This document shows, one piece after another, positions 1 through 22,620 of a stretch of 64,000 bases of DNA. The notes beneath the pieces are model-generated. The model was not told the DNA's origin. It made no database searches and saw only the letters and a list, made by a program, of their open reading frames with translations. A program made the position numbers and the translations under genes. Within the stretch, counting starts at the first letter, position 1, and every line of letters starts with the position of its first letter. The DNA is from Octopus vulgaris (taxonomy: Eukaryota): contig OX597838.1 in the NCBI GenBank assembly GCA_951406725.2, positions 18,600,001 through 18,664,000 of the forward strand, written 5' to 3'.

Positions 1-560
1 TTCAAAACCAAGTCTGTTCCCGTCCCCGAAAACCAGCGGTTCGGCAAAAAGAAACCGATATAAAAAGTACCAGGCTTTGTAGGAAGAAACAGTAATTGAA
101 GATTAAAATGTTAATGAATGATATTTTGGGGGGATCATAGATGGATGAGTGTATCTATGTGAGTTGTATGCTTGTGTTTGTCTTCCACTACTGCTTAAAA
201 ACCAAATCTGTTCACGTCCCCGAAAACCAGCGGTTCGGCAAAAAGAAACCGATATAAAAAGTACCAGGTTTTGCAGGAAGAAACAGTAATTGAAGATTAA
301 AATGTTAAAACATAATATTTTGGCCGGATCATAGATGGATAAGTGTATCTATGTGAGTTGTATGTTTGTATTTGTCTTCCACTACTGCTTAAAAACCAAA
401 TCTGTTCACGTCCCCGAAAACCAGCGGTTCGGCAAAAAGAAACCGATATAAAAAGTACCAGGTTTTAAAATTAGTATTGTGATTCATTTATTCGACTAAA
501 ATATTCAAGGCGGTAACCCAGCATGGTTGCAGTCCAATGATCGAAACTAGTAATAGGCGA
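1..560 (+). repeat. Tandem repeat (period about 194 bp, about 2.5 units) derived from the 3' half of SINE family A
   Basis: gtccccgaaaaccagcggttcggcaaaaagaaaccgata recurs at 22, 216 and 410; it is a diverged version of the SINE A 3' body, and the last unit runs into the SINE A tail (cagcatggttgcagtccaatgatcgaaac). Confidence 0.85.
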
Positions 561-605
561 AATATAAATACAAACTTTAGGCTATTTTGACAGCTTAATC
601 TTTCT

Positions 606-1027
606 TTCTTATTTCTTTATTTCCCACAAGAGGCTAAACATAGAGGGGACAAACAAGGACAGACAATTGGATTAAGTCGATTACATAGACCCCAGTGCGT
701 AACAGTAATTAATTTATCGACCAAGAAAGGATGAAAGGCAAAATGGATCTTGGCGGAATTTGAACTCAGAACGTAACGGCAGACGAAATACCTATTTCTA
801 TTCTTTACTACCCACAAGGGGCTAAACACAGTGAGGACAAACAAGGACAGACAAACGGATTAAGTCGATTATATCGAACCCAGTGCGTAACTGGTACTTA
901 TTTAATCGACCCCGAAAAGATGAAAAGCAAAGTCGACCTCGGCGGAATTTGAACTCAGAACGTAACAGCAGACGAAATACGGCTACGCATTTCGCCCGGC
1001 GTGCTAACGTTTCGGCCAGCTCGCCCC
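606..1027 (-). mobile_element. Two tandem copies of tRNA-derived SINE family B (long-tail form)
   Basis: Reverse complement of the head ggcgagctggccgaaacgttagcacgccgggcgaaatgc, B box gagttcaaattcc, central gcctttcatcctttcggggtcgataaattaagtacc domain and tail tagccccttgtgggtagtaaagaa; the left copy is 5'-truncated. Confidence 0.85.
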
Positions 1028-1284
1028 TTAATCTTTCTTTCTGTGTGTCTATTATAAGACTTCAAGCAAACTGCATCCAGATTATACATGAGACTGCAAG
1101 AACATGATTATTGCACAAAAACTACGTTTCTTCAGTTTAAAAATTTTCAGTTAATTCCTGCATTCTATTTTTTAGCAAGAAGCCTTATGTAACTAAGCTG
1201 CTTAATAGAGAACAGAAGAACCAGGAAGAAGAGATGTGAATAAATTAGAACAACAGGCACGTTTAATGGCTAATTGTTTAGAGA

Positions 1285-1696
1285 GGCGCAGGAGTGGCTG
1301 TGTGGTAAGTAGCTTGCTTACCAACATGGTTCCGGGTTCAGTCCCCACTGTGAGGCAGCTAGAGCAAGTGTCTTCTACTATAGCCTCGGGCCGACCAAAG
1401 CCTTGTGAGTGGATTTGGTAGACGGAAACTGAAAGAAGCCAGTCGTATATATGTATGTATATGTATGCGTGTGTATATGTTTGTGTGTGTGTGTGTGTGT
1501 TTGTACCCCCAACATCGCTTGACAACCGATGGTGGTGTGTTTACGTCCCCGTAACTTAGCGGTTCGGCAAAAGAGAACCGATAGAATAAGTACTAGGCTT
1601 ACAAAGAATTAAGTCCTGGTGTCGATTTGCTCGACTAAAGGCGGTGCTCCAGCATGGCCACAGTCAAATGACTGAAACAAGTAAAAGGATAAAAGA
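1285..1696 (+). mobile_element. tRNA-derived SINE family A, full length, internal TA/TG microsatellite
   Basis: Head ggcgcaggagtggctgtgtggtaag (A box), ggttcagtccc (B-box-like), tail cagtcaaatgactgaaacaagtaaaag; more than 10 homologous copies in the window. Confidence 0.9.
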
Positions 1697-1698
1697 TA

Positions 1699-1748
<50 letters not shown>

Positions 1749-1776
1749 AAAAAAGCAACAAGAATGGATCAATATA

Positions 1777-1861
1777 TCGGTACAATTGTTTCGTACGAGG
1801 ACATCTTTAATAAAGCTACAAAAATTGCAGTAAATATAGGTGGCTCATACTCATCAGCCGA
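1777..1861 (-). ncRNA. Type I hammerhead ribozyme, intact core
   Basis: Minus strand: UCGG-CUGAUGA-GUAUGAG...CUCGUAC-GAAA-CAAUUG-UA-CCGA. Stem I UCGG/CCGA, 7-bp stem II, palindromic stem III, GUA cleavage triplet. Confidence 0.85.
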
Positions 1862-1991
1862 AAAAACATCAGAGATTCCCAAACATCAAAGGGGGTAATG
1901 TTACACTTATGAAACATCATGAAAAATTCTATAAAAATGAGAATTTAGATAACATATTGGTTTCTAAGAGTTCAATTAGTATTACACAGTC

Positions 1992-2093
<102 letters not shown>

Positions 2094-2120
2094 ATATGTA
2101 TATATATATATATACACTAC

Positions 2121-2460
2121 GGCACTCCGTCGGTTACAATGACGAGTGTTCCAGCTGATCCGATCAATGGAACAGCCTGCTTGTGAAATTAACGTGTCAG
2201 TGGCTGAGCACACCCCAGACACGCGTACTCTTAATGTAGTTCTCGGGTAGATTAAGCGTGACACACGGTGTGACAAGGCTGGTCCCTTTGAAATACAGGT
2301 TCAACAGAAACAGGAAGAAAGAGTTCGAGAAAATTGTGGTGAAAGAGTACAGCAGGGTTCACCAACACTCCACTGCCGGAGCCTCGTGGAGCTTTAGGGG
2401 TTTTCGCTCAATAAACAATCACAACGCCCAGTCTGGGAATCGACACCATAATCCTGCGAC
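2121..2460 (-). mobile_element. SINE family C (5'-truncated head)
   Basis: Colinear with the copy at 26581-26959 (actccgtcggttac...gaaagagtacagcaggg...tctgggaatcga). Confidence 0.85.
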
Positions 2461-2651
2461 GGCGTGTATACTCGTAAGGGTTAAATTATCTGTATGCTTA
2501 ACCTGAATATTTCGCTAGAGGTACATCAGTACCCACTATATTTAATTGGACTAAACGTGGTGTTTACGAATTAATTAGATCCAACCTGGTACCTATCATT
2601 TCAGTACCCGATTCTCTCTCCAATCCTCAATATTATATATGTATGTGTGTA

Positions 2652-2759
<108 letters not shown>

Positions 2760-2777
2760 TATATTATATTTCACACA

Positions 2778-2823
<46 letters not shown>

Positions 2824-2831
2824 CATACATT

Positions 2832-2872
<41 letters not shown>

Positions 2873-3187
2873 ATACACACACGCACAAACACGCACATAC
2901 GCACACATGTATACAAATATATATATAATATATAAATATATAAATATATGCATATATACACACATATATATACACACATATATATACACACATATATATG
3001 CATGCACATGTGCATATATAGGTACAGGACATCAAAAGCACGTAGGCAAAATGAGAAACGAGAACAAAAAACAATGAAAGATACAAACAAACAGAGAAAT
3101 GAGACATTGCAACATTAAGGACATTCCTTTCATCAGTTGTCCCCTGTTTTATCTACTCCGCGTTTCGAAGGTAATATATATGTGTGT

Positions 3188-3346
3188 GTAGGAGTGGCTG
3201 TGTGGTAAGTAGCTTGTTTACCAGCCACATGTTTCCGGGTTCAGCCCCACTGTGTAGCACCTTGGGCAAGTGTCTTCTACTATAGCCTCGGGCCGACCAA
3301 TGCCTTGTGAGTGGATTTGTTAGACGGAAACTGAAAGAAGCCTGTC

Positions 3347-3418
<72 letters not shown>

Positions 3419-3622
3419 GTTTGTGTGTGTGTTTGTCCCCCTAGCATTGCTTGACAACCGACCGATGCTGGTGTGTTTACGTCGCCGTCACTTAGCGGTT
3501 CGGCAAAATAGACCGATAGAATAAGTACTGGACTTACAAAGAATAAGTCCCGGGTCGATTTGCTCGACTAAAGGCGGTGCTCCAGCATGGCCGCAGTCAA
3601 ATGACTGAAACAAGTAAAGAGT
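3188..3622 (+). mobile_element. SINE family A
   Basis: Same head, body and tail as 1285-1696, with an expanded internal (TA)n. Confidence 0.9.
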
Positions 3623-3639
3623 ATATATATATATTTATA

Positions 3640-3675
<36 letters not shown>

Positions 3676-4250
3676 TGTATGTATGTATATATATGTGTCT
3701 ATATATGTATATATGTATATATATATATATAAGCACCTGAGTGGTGCAAATATGCCATCCGCCAGGTGTTGGGTATCACTAATGGTGACTGCAGCGACAC
3801 GGTGTTATAGCACAAACCCCCTTACTACTCTACTGCTAAACATCAGCTGAGAAAGCCGAAATGACTTTTAACGGGTATATGCCAGAGACTTCTAATACAA
3901 CGAAAACTTAAGTACTTCTAACAATTAAGTTCTTTGGTGTTTATCGACGGCAAATCAACAGAAAACTGTATGTATGTAGGTGTGCGTGCGTGTGCTTGCG
4001 TTTTTTTCCTGTGTAAGGGTGTGTGTATATGTGTGCTTGTGTGTGTCTTTGTGTGTGATGAAATGTGAGGGACATATGTGGTTGTATGAGGGAAAAAAGC
4101 ATGGGTAGAAGCTATTTCACTCGTGTATAACATCTAAGCTATCCATACGCATTTACTTAAGGTGCAGTGAGGATGGGGCCTAGGATACAATTTGATACCT
4201 TTAAAATCCCACATACGGGCGCATCACTAGTAATCGGTTTCAGAGTGTGT

Positions 4251-4337
<87 letters not shown>

Positions 4338-4417
4338 TGTATGTATGTATGTATGTATGTATGTATGTATGTACGTATGTATGTATGTATGTATGTAGTA
4401 TTAAGAAAAAATATATA

Positions 4418-4596
4418 GGCGCAGGAATGGCTGTGTGGTAAGGTGCTTGCTTCACAACCACATGGTTCCGAGTTCAGTCCAACTGCGTGGCACCTTGGGC
4501 AAGTATATTGTACTATAGCGTCAGGCCGACCAAAGCCTTGTGAGTAGATCTGGTAGATAGAAACTGAAAGAAGCTTGTCGTATATATGTATGTATG

Positions 4597-4657
<61 letters not shown>

Positions 4658-4660
4658 ATG

Positions 4661-4699
<39 letters not shown>

Positions 4700-4912
4700 G
4701 TATGTATTTGTATGTCTGTGTTTTGACCGGCCACCATCGCTTCACAACCGATGTTGGTGTGTTTACGTACCCGTTCGGCAAAAGCTGATCGGTAAAAGAG
4801 ACCGACAGAATAAGTACTAGGCTTACAAGGAATAAGTCCTGGGGTCGATTTGTCAGACTAGAGGCGGTGCTCCAGCACGGCCACAGTCAAATGACTGAAA
4901 CATGTAAAAGAA
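4418..4912 (+). mobile_element. SINE family A
   Basis: ggcgcaggaatggctgtgtggtaagg head through cagtcaaatgactgaaacatgtaaaag tail. Confidence 0.9.
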
Positions 4913-5046
4913 TAATATGCATATATATACATATATATATACATACATATATATATATATATATATATGAAAGTATATATATATATGATGTATATATATA
5001 TATATATTCATTTATATATATATGTATGTATATATGTATATATAAA

Positions 5047-5095
<49 letters not shown>

Positions 5096-5408
5096 GCATA
5101 CATACACATACGTATATAAATACTTGTTTATATGATATATATATATATATCTATATTTATATACATACGTTGATGTATATATGCAGTTATATATATACAC
5201 ACATACACACACATATACATATATATATATGTATACCTACACAAACACCTACACACACCAACACATATAGGCACGCGCACGCACACGTACATATATACGG
5301 CAGACGGCCATATATGTAAGGTGAGTTGCAAAAATTCGATGTACTGAAGTAATCCATGTAAATAGAGAACAGAAATCCATTCTTTACGTGGTTAAAATTT
5401 ATAAAGAA

Positions 5409-5808
5409 CTAGCAGTATCGCCCGGCGTTGCTCGGGTTTGTAAGGGAAATAACTATATAAGCATTTTTAGAGAGTTATAGCCCAAAGATAGCAAAAAAAT
5501 GCATTAAAAATGGGAAAAAAATGATGGTAAATTTTTTTTTTTTAATCGTTGACTCATCGTAGACATTTTTAGAGAGTTACTTCCCTTATATAATAGCGAA
5601 AAAATGCATTAAAATCGAAAAAAATGATGGTAAATTTTTTTTTAAATCGTAGACTCATCGTAGATGCGCGCTAATACCCAGAAGGGCTCGATATGAATCA
5701 CGACTATAAGATACCCGGTTTTGGTTAAACTGCACCGCAAAATGTGGGAGTAGTTAGGAATCGAAATCGTAGGAGACAGACACACAACCTCACTTTTATA
5801 TATAAAGA
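5409..5808 (-). mobile_element. Non-autonomous Helitron
   Basis: Minus strand starts TC (tctttatatataaaag), has a subterminal hairpin cccgagcaacgccggg, ends CTAG, and is inserted between A and T with no TSD; 3' part shared with 22621-23002. Confidence 0.85.
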
Positions 5809-6224
5809 TAAACATTTCTATCGCATCTGTTCTCGGCATGACGAACGCTTTCTGAAGAGCCCCGTTTCTCAACGTTGATTCCAAAAAATTCTATTTTTAA
5901 CGTTAATCTGAGCACATTTGTAAAGTTTCTTTACAAATCTAATGATGTTATATTCATAATATTTCAGCTGTTTATGTATATCATCTGTTTATAAATTACG
6001 GCGTATATAAAAAGCAAAATTCATATCTGACGAATCTGTCTTTGTTTTTCCATTGATGAAGTGGTTAAACGTCTGTACGTTACGGCGAATGTCTAACTGC
6101 AAGAAATACGATCTTACACGCGGAAGATAGAAAATTTATTATTTGTGTCAATAGGTAGCTTGATTATATTATCTTCAAGTATATCTTCGTCTTAACACTA
6201 ATTCCGCATCATTATCTAGCAATC

Positions 6225-11345
<5,121 letters not shown>

Positions 11346-11917
11346 AAACAGGAAAAAAAAAAGATAGATAGATAGATAGATAGATAGGGATAAATAGATA
11401 TGTGTCAGTGTTTATATATGCATGCTGTGTAATATGTATCTATATGTATATCTATCTATATTTATGTATGTATATGTGTGTATGTATATATATTCATGTT
11501 TGTGTTTATATGTATGTATTTAGTTACGTATGTATGTATGTGTATGTGTAAATATGTGTGTATATGTGTATGTGTATGTTAACATATATTTGTGTTTGTA
11601 CATAGTGAAAATCATTGTTGTATTTACCTGGATTAGGATCATCAGTCCACATAATCCACACATAGCTGTGACAGAATTTAATCCAGACAAATCCCTCGTA
11701 TAATCATGAATCCAAATTTGTATTAGTCCGAAGTACCGGTTAAACAGTGGCCGTAACATATACACAAAACGCGTATATATGCTTGTGTGCGTGTGATTAT
11801 CTATATATATATGTGCTTGCGTTAGTGTTGAAAGATATTCACATATACTGGTAAATATATATATGTGTATATGGTGATATCTGTAAACACAAACACACAC
11901 ACGCACAGTAAAACGGA

Positions 11918-12929
11918 TATGTATGTATATATATATATGTGTATATATATATATGTATTTATGTGAGGATTACATCTTCGTGTTGGGAGTATATCCGGAC
12001 TGAGTAGAGAGATAAATATGTAAGATTTGTTTGGTGGAGTGTTTAGATAAAGTGAAAATTGAGAGTGAGAGGGGGAGGTGAGACATAGAGAGAAAGGCGG
12101 AGTGAGAGTGGAGAGGATAGAGATAGAGAGAGAGAGAGAGAGAGAGCCAGAGAGAGAGGGAGAGAGAAGAAAAGAGATGTGGTAAGAGAGAAGGTGAGAG
12201 AGAGAGAGAGGGAGAGAGAGGGATGAGGAAAGAGACAGAGAGGGAGAAGGAGATGTAGTGAGAGGAGGGATGGCTGTTTTCTGTTATCACATAGCTATTT
12301 GTAATTTAAAATTTTTATGTGTGTATACGTACGAACACGCTAGTGTGTCGATGTTTATCCATGTGTATATATATGTGTTTGTATACACACACACACACAC
12401 ACACACATACACTCACACACATACACACACACACACATACACTTATACACATACACACAAATTCACACAAAGACATACAGTCACACATACATACACACAT
12501 GCACACGTGTGTGTGTATATATCTTGACATGTGTATATATCCTAGTATTATTACCTTCACGTATCTATATATCCACATATACATATATACACACACACAC
12601 ATATCTACACTTGTTTATTTTTCATACGCGTGTTAATATTTACATACATTTCCTTTAACCAATATACATGCATTGCTTTACGCTGAATAGCTAACACTTT
12701 ATACATACATTAATACGGTAGGGTATATACAAGTCCTAGGGTGCATATATGCCTGCATATGTAAGTGTCTGTACGTGTATATATGTCCCTTAAATTATGT
12801 TTGTTTATACGCTTGCATACACACGTTTCAATGATTCTGTATATATATGTATTACCATATATATGTATATAGAATTATACATATACATATATTTATATTC
12901 ATAAAAATATATAGTTATATGCATATAAT

Positions 12930-12970
<41 letters not shown>

Positions 12971-12983
12971 CACATATATATAC

Positions 12984-13040
<57 letters not shown>

Positions 13041-13262
13041 TATATATATATATATATGTAATGCATAAACAGACTTACGTATATACCTGTGTGTGTCTGT
13101 GTGTATGTATGTATATATATTATCATTATTAAATTGAAAATCTCAATTCTGACTGAATACACGTGAGTGTGTGTATATGTGTGTGTGTGCACGCGCGTTC
13201 ATGTGCATGTGTGTGAAAAGGAAATATTATGAAGTTGCTGAATTTGTAAGAGTACATTTGAA

Positions 13263-13327
<65 letters not shown>

Positions 13328-13426
13328 GATAATATATATATATATATGTATATGTATATGTATATATATATATATGTGTATATATATACATGTATACGTA
13401 TATATATATATGTATGTATTTATATG

Positions 13427-13470
<44 letters not shown>

Positions 13471-13690
13471 CATTTATAAATACATTTATATGTATTTATA
13501 TTTTCACACACACACACACACACACTTACAAACACACACATACACATTTGTATATTGCTTAAAATAATGTACGTATGGATATCTCTGAGCGTGTGTGCAC
13601 TCACAGGCACACACACACATACATACACATATATATATTTACATGTATTTATATATACTTAAGAAAATGAATTATAAACGGTTATCTTCA

Positions 13691-13735
<45 letters not shown>

Positions 13736-14005
13736 ATATATATATGTGTATATATATATATGTATTTATGTGAGGATTACATCTTCGTGTTGGGAGTATA
13801 TCCGGACTGAGTAGAGATTTATAAATATGTAAGATTTGTTTGGTGGAGTGTTTAGATAAAGTGAAAATTGAGAGTGAGAGGGGGAGGTGAGACATAGAGA
13901 GAAAGGCGGAGTGAGAGTGGAGAGGATAGAGATAGAGAGAGAGAGAGAGAGAGAGCCAGAGAGAGAGGGAGAGAGAAGAAAAGAGATGTGGTAAGAGAGA
14001 GGTGC

Positions 14006-14037
<32 letters not shown>

Positions 14038-14747
14038 GGGATGAGGAAAGAGACAGAGAGGGAGAAGGAGATGTAGTGAGAGGAGGGATGGCTGTTTTCT
14101 GTTATCACATAGCTATTTGTAATTTAAAATTTTTATGTGTGTATACGTACGAACACGCTAGTGTGTCGATGTTTATCCATGTGTATATATATGTGTTTGT
14201 ATACACACACACACACACACACACACATACACTCACACACATACACACACACACATACACTTATACACATACACACAAATTCACACAAAGACATACAGTC
14301 ACACATACATACACACATGCACACGTGTGTGTGTATATATCTTGGCATGTGTATATATCCTAGTATTATTACCTTCACGTATCTATATATCCACATATAC
14401 ATATATACACACACACACATATCTACACTTGTTTATTTTTCATACGCGTGTTAATATTTACATACATTTCCTTAAACCAATATACATGCATTGCTTTACG
14501 CTGAATAGCTAACACTTTATACATACATTAATACGGTAGGGTATATACAAGTCCTAGGGTGCATATATGCCTGCATATGTAAGTGTCTGTACGTGTATAT
14601 ATGTCCCTTAAATTATGTTTGTTTATACGCTTGCATACACACGTTTCAATGATTCTGTATATATATGTATTACCATATATATGTATATAGAATTATACAT
14701 ATACATATATTTATATTCATAAAAATATATAGTTATATGCATATAAT

Positions 14748-14788
<41 letters not shown>

Positions 14789-14797
14789 TATATATAC

Positions 14798-14891
<94 letters not shown>

Positions 14892-15096
14892 GTAATGCAT
14901 AAACAGACTTACGTATATACCTGTGTGTGTCTGTGTGTATGTATGTATATATATTATCATTATTAAATTGAAAATCTCAATTCTGACTGAATACACGTGA
15001 GTGTGTGTATATGTGTGTGTGTGCACGCGCGTTCATGTGCATGTGTGTGAAAAGGAAATATTATGAAGTTGCTGAATTTGTAAGAGTACATTTGAA

Positions 15097-15161
<65 letters not shown>

Positions 15162-15260
15162 GATAATATATATATATATGTATATGTATATGTATATATA
15201 TATATATGTGTGTATATATATACATGTATACGTATATATATATATGTATGTATTTATATG

Positions 15261-15306
<46 letters not shown>

Positions 15307-15522
15307 CATTTATAAATACATTTATATGTATTTATATTTTCACACACACACACACACTTACAAACACACACATACACATTTGTATATTGCTTAAAATAAT
15401 GTACGTATGGATATCTCTGAGCGTGTGTGCACTCACAGGCACACACACACATACATACACATATATATATTTACATGTATTTATATATACTTAAGAAAAT
15501 GAATTATAAACGGTTATCTTCA

Positions 15523-15555
<33 letters not shown>
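11918..15555 (+). repeat. Tandem duplication, two units of about 1.82 kb (about 11918-13725 and 13726-15555)
   Basis: Unique anchors repeat with about 1.81-1.83 kb offset, e.g. gtgaggattacatcttcgtgttggg at about 11963 and 13770, aagtcctagggtgc at about 12731 and 14549, cggttatcttc at about 13679 and 15511. Confidence 0.95.
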
Positions 15556-15567
<12 letters not shown>

Positions 15568-15570
15568 ATG

Positions 15571-15615
<45 letters not shown>

Positions 15616-15620
15616 GTATA

Positions 15621-15659
<39 letters not shown>

Positions 15660-15719
15660 TTATATATATATTTATATGTATATATGTATGTGTATGTGTG
15701 TGTATCTATGTGTATGTAT

Positions 15720-19200
<3,481 letters not shown>

Positions 19201-19444
19201 ATTCGAGTGTTGCGTTAGTGAATGAGATGCGGTGAGAGGTAGTTAAATGAGAGAAGGTTGCAGTGTAGTAAGCGTGCAGACAACACACATAGTGAGGTTG
19301 CGCCATTTGAAGCTTTACTTTAGTAGAAATCTTACGATCTGTTGTGGGGTTTGTTGTTGTTATTGTTGTTGCTGTTGTTGTTGTTGTTGTTGTTGCTGTT
19401 GTTTATTTAATTTTTTTTTTTTTTTTTCATACAGCAGAGATGGA

Positions 19445-19612
19445 GAAGTGATCAACATCAGTACCATCAATACAACCAACATGACCAACATCGTTATTAC
19501 AACCACTGCTGCCATTATCATTACCATCATCATCATCATCATTACCATCATCATCATCATCATCAACATCACCATCATCATGATCATCATCATCATCATC
19601 ATCATCATCAAT

Positions 19613-19643
<31 letters not shown>

Positions 19644-19644
19644 A

Positions 19645-19675
<31 letters not shown>

Positions 19676-19701
19676 GTCATCCTCCTCATCATCATCATTA
19701 C

Positions 19702-19745
<44 letters not shown>

Positions 19746-19995
19746 CCATCATCACCGCTAACACCACCACCACCACCAACATCATCATCATCATCATCAT
19801 CATCATTATCACCGCTAACACCACCACCAACAACAACATCATCATCATCATCATCATCATTATCACCGCTAACACCACCACCACCACCAACATCATCATC
19901 ATCACCGCTAACACCACCACCAACATCATCATCATCATCGTCATCGTCGTCTTCATCATCATTATCTTCATCATCATCGCAACCACTGGTATCGC

Positions 19996-20051
<56 letters not shown>

Positions 20052-21330
20052 CCATCATCATCATTACTACAAATATCCCTCCCGTCACCTTCATTTAAGC
20101 AAAAAGCGCCCCTCTCCGCCACCGCCATAATCATCATCATAACCATCATCATCATCATTACCATCATCACGATCAGAACAACCACCCGGCCACCACAACC
20201 GCTACTACCATCACCGCAATTCTAACATCATTGCCACCACTACCGAAACTTACATTCAAAACGAACACCACCATCACCGCCATCAACACCATTTTCACCA
20301 GCGCCACCACCACCACCGCTACCACCACCACCACTGCAACCACCGCCACCGCCACTACCAGCACCACCGCCACCACCACCGCCGCCGCCACCACCTCCAC
20401 CACCATCGCCACCACTGCCATCAACACTATCTTCACCACCACCACCACCACCACCATCACTGCCGCCTTCAACACTACCGTCACCACCGCCGTCGCCGCC
20501 ACCACCACCGCCACCACCGCCGCCGCCATCTTCACAACTTGTTTTTGTTGTGGAAATTTTTATTGCTTTTTGTTGATTAGGCTGTTTAGCCCCAGGTTAG
20601 TCTCCCAAGCCAGCAGAACTATAACGAAAATCATTCCACCTATGACCATCCCGCCTTTTCTTTTTTTTTACTTTTCTTTCAGACATAGTGTACTCAACTG
20701 AATACATTATCCAACGTGTCCTTTCTATTTATAAACAGTGGAATATCATTTGAGGAAGACTCACCTGCTATTTCCAGCAGGTCGAACAACCACACCGAAC
20801 GCATAGTGTCGGTACTACGGCTATTGGCCGCATTGATGGTGATGGTGTTGGCGGTTGTGTTGGTGGTTGTGATCATAGTGTCGGTGGTAGCATAGGGGGT
20901 GGCAATGTAATAGTACGGTGGTAGTGTTGATGGTAGTCGTCGGGATTGGTAGGGAGGGGAGGAAAGACGTAGGGAGGAGGTGGGAGTGGTTGTCTGATTT
21001 TCATTGGTGGTGGTCGTCGTCTTGCTGTCGTGATGATGATGATGATCATGATGACGATGAAGAGGATGTTGATGATGAGGAGGAGGAGGATGACAATGAG
21101 GAGGATGGCGTTGATGATGATGATGATGATGATGGGGAGGATGATGATGACGATGATGATGGGTATGAGGATGATGAGGATGAAAGTGATGATGATGATG
21201 ATAATAATGACGATGATGAGAAGGAGGAGGAGGACGATGAGGAGGAGGGGAGGAGGAGGAGGAGGAGGATGACGATGAGGATGGTGATGATCATCATCAT
21301 GATGTTCATGATAATGTTTATGACGATGGG
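19445..21330. repeat. Degenerate trinucleotide arrays (ATC)n/(ACC)n then (GGT)n/(GAT)n
   Basis: Directly visible; source of the poly-I, M, D and T pseudo-ORFs. Confidence 0.9.
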
Positions 21331-21384
21331 TTCTGTCGCGCCTACATTTAGCTGACAAAACGGACGTTCCCGACAGCAGGACCA

Positions 21385-21570
21385 GCCACGTGACCAAATC
21401 ACATATCCAATCACGTCACAAGCCATACAGCTAACACGTGATCACTTCCAAAACAGAACCATTTACTTGCACTTGTTCAAAACAAAAAAAAGTTGTCATT
21501 GACTACACCACCTCCGCGTGACCGACCACCAACCAATCAAAATCGCACGACACCTTTTAAATACATTGGC
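21385..21570. promoter_or_regulatory. Candidate cis-regulatory cluster (E-boxes, CCAAT boxes, CRE/UPRE-like site)
   Basis: CACGTG at 21387 and 21435, CCAAT at 21407 and 21533, ATTGG at 21565, TGACGTGA on minus at about 21411-21418, all in a unique CpG-containing island. Confidence 0.35.
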
Positions 21571-21689
21571 CACCAACGCGTTTCCTTATTCCTATTTCTA
21601 CCGCACGAAACTTTTAGGCGCAAAGAAACAATCTGTTTTACTAAGTCACAGTTACGATAGAACTTCAGCCTTTTAATGCATGCAGGTAT

Positions 21690-22045
21690 TTTGCAGAACC
21701 GCTAGAGTTACGGGGATGTAAACGCACTAGCACCGGTTGTCAGCTGTGGTGGTGGTGGTGGTTGTGGTGGTGGTGGTGGTGGTGGTGGTGGTGATGGTGG
21801 TGGTGGTGGTGGTGGTGGTGGTGGTGCAAACACACACACATTTACACACGCACACACACAAACATATATACGACGGGCTTCTTTCAGTTTCCGTCCACCA
21901 AATCAACTCACGAGGTTTTGGTCACCCCTGAGGCTATATTAGAAGACATTTACCCAAAGTGGCATGCAGTGGGACTGAACCCCGATCCGTGTGATTGGAA
22001 AGCAAGCTTCTTACCACATAGCCACGCCATCGCCTGTATATATAA

Positions 22046-22088
<43 letters not shown>

Positions 22089-22227
22089 TTTGTGTTTCTC
22101 CCCTACCAATGCTTGACAACCAGTGTTGGTTTGTTTCCGTTCCCGTAACCTAGCGGTTCGGCATGAACACCGATAGAATAAGTACCAGACTTAGAAAAAA
22201 TAATGTACCGGGGTCGCTTTGTTCGAC
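21690..22227. mobile_element. Diverged SINE A pieces: minus-strand copy (about 21690-22033) plus plus-strand 3' half (about 22085-22227)
   Basis: gaaccgctagagttacggggatgtaaac...gactgaaccc...cttaccacatagccac (minus); gcttgacaacc...cgatagaataagtacc (plus). Confidence 0.75.
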
Positions 22228-22273
22228 AAAACATTGTCAGTTAATTGAGAGAACTAAAAGTTTAAAAAATGTG

Positions 22274-22334
<61 letters not shown>

Positions 22335-22620
22335 TGTGTGTGTGTAATTAGTTGCATGTCATATATATATATATATATATACGAGCGTATAAATGAGCTT
22401 GTCACAGCTGTTTGTGTTCTGAAACGGTGTCACGTCTAACGATCTCACAAGATCAAAGCCGCCCGCCTTCTATTGCTATAGTTATGAAACACGAACGAAA
22501 AGTTCTTGAGAAATATTCACATTTAACGGGGCTTCGGAGTACAAAAATAACGTAATGCACCGCAGCTATATCTGAAAAAAAAATCAAACACTGATCCACC
22601 ACTACAGCTGCTCACAAATA

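Noticed and set aside
1655-1690. SINE A tail hairpin CAGTCA-AA-TGACTG-AAAC as hammerhead stem II plus GAAA
   Set aside because: No CUGANGA upstream and no stems I or III in any copy
3020-3172. Possible HHR (GAAACGCG ... CUGAUGA on minus) in a TA-flanked insert
   Set aside because: No UH after stem III and stems I and II cannot be paired; at most a truncated PLE remnant
5850-6110. Isolated CTGAAGA / CTGACGA matches (also 11640, 18047, 22713)
   Set aside because: No correctly placed GAAA or supporting helices
19247-21426. Long poly-I, M, D, T and S ORFs (also 49962-50892 and 59087-60806)
   Set aside because: Degenerate trinucleotide arrays open in several frames on both strands; no splice or domain evidence
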